The position numbers and the translations under genes are program-made. This document shows, one piece after another, positions 34,055-34,270 of a stretch of 34,270 bases of DNA. This stretch comes from a virus (taxonomy: Duplodnaviria > Caudoviricetes): positions 1 through 34,270 of IMG/VR virus record IMGVR_UViG_3300027804_000136. One strand, written 5' to 3'. Below the pieces are notes generated by a model, which saw only the letters and a list, made by a program, of their open reading frames with translations, made no database searches and was not told the DNA's origin. Position 1 is the first letter of the stretch. Each line of letters starts with the position of its first letter.

Positions 34055-34150
34055 TGGACGTTAGTGTTAAAATAATTGAAATGGCTAGTAAAGTTCTAGC
34101 TATGATAGTAATACTAACTTGTTTTGGTTTTTTGATTAAAATAAATAAAA

Positions 34151-34270
34151 ATGAAAAAAAATGAAAAACTAAGTCCGTATAATTTTGCACCTTGGGTATT
34201 AAAGAAAGATGACATTGAATCCTATCAACCTGTTAATGATGAAAATAGAAAAGAAATCATAACAATTGGT
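34151..34270 (+). CDS. Partial hypothetical protein (runs off the window)
   Basis: Open frame MKKNEKLSPYNFAPWVLKKDD... to the window end. Confidence 0.5.
   Translation, partial: MKKNEKLSPYNFAPWVLKKDDIESYQPVNDENRKEIITIG

Noticed and set aside
1-34270. Stop-codon reassignment (TAG/TGA) as in some crAss-like phages
   Set aside because: Long genes are intact under the standard code, TAG ends genes at sensible positions (e.g. 9037, 15936), and no suppressor anticodon is visible

Overview
AT-rich fragment of a tailed dsDNA phage whose gene order and content resemble crAss-like (Crassvirales-type) viruses of Bacteroidota. Several TAnnTTTG promoter motifs and A-rich leaders without Shine-Dalgarno sites point to a Bacteroidota/Flavobacteria-type host. 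Bases 1-25105 are a minus-strand late module: small regulatory genes (wHTH, IHF/HU-like, Zn-binding), terminase large subunit, portal, a ferritin, an acidic scaffold-like protein, major capsid protein, ring/auxiliary capsid proteins (one apparently split by an Ig-like insertion), collagen-like and Gly-rich fibre proteins, and a lysis cassette. After a divergent switch region (about 25105-25324) the plus strand carries small early genes, a spore-photoproduct-lyase-like radical SAM gene, an HNH endonuclease and a FISUMP-domain gene. The most striking feature is an RNA system on the plus strand. There are two twister-ribozyme-like elements with mutually compensatory pseudoknots (26525-26671 and 29887-29998). 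One carries a complete tRNA-like cloverleaf as its P5 arm and the other abuts one. All three tRNA-like molecules keep acceptor, D and T arms but have non-canonical anticodon arms. Two further copies keep the twister outer stems but lack the catalytic core, and a small covarying H-type pseudoknot is repeated ahead of two early genes. All calls come from reading the sequence by eye; no searches or folding programs were run.
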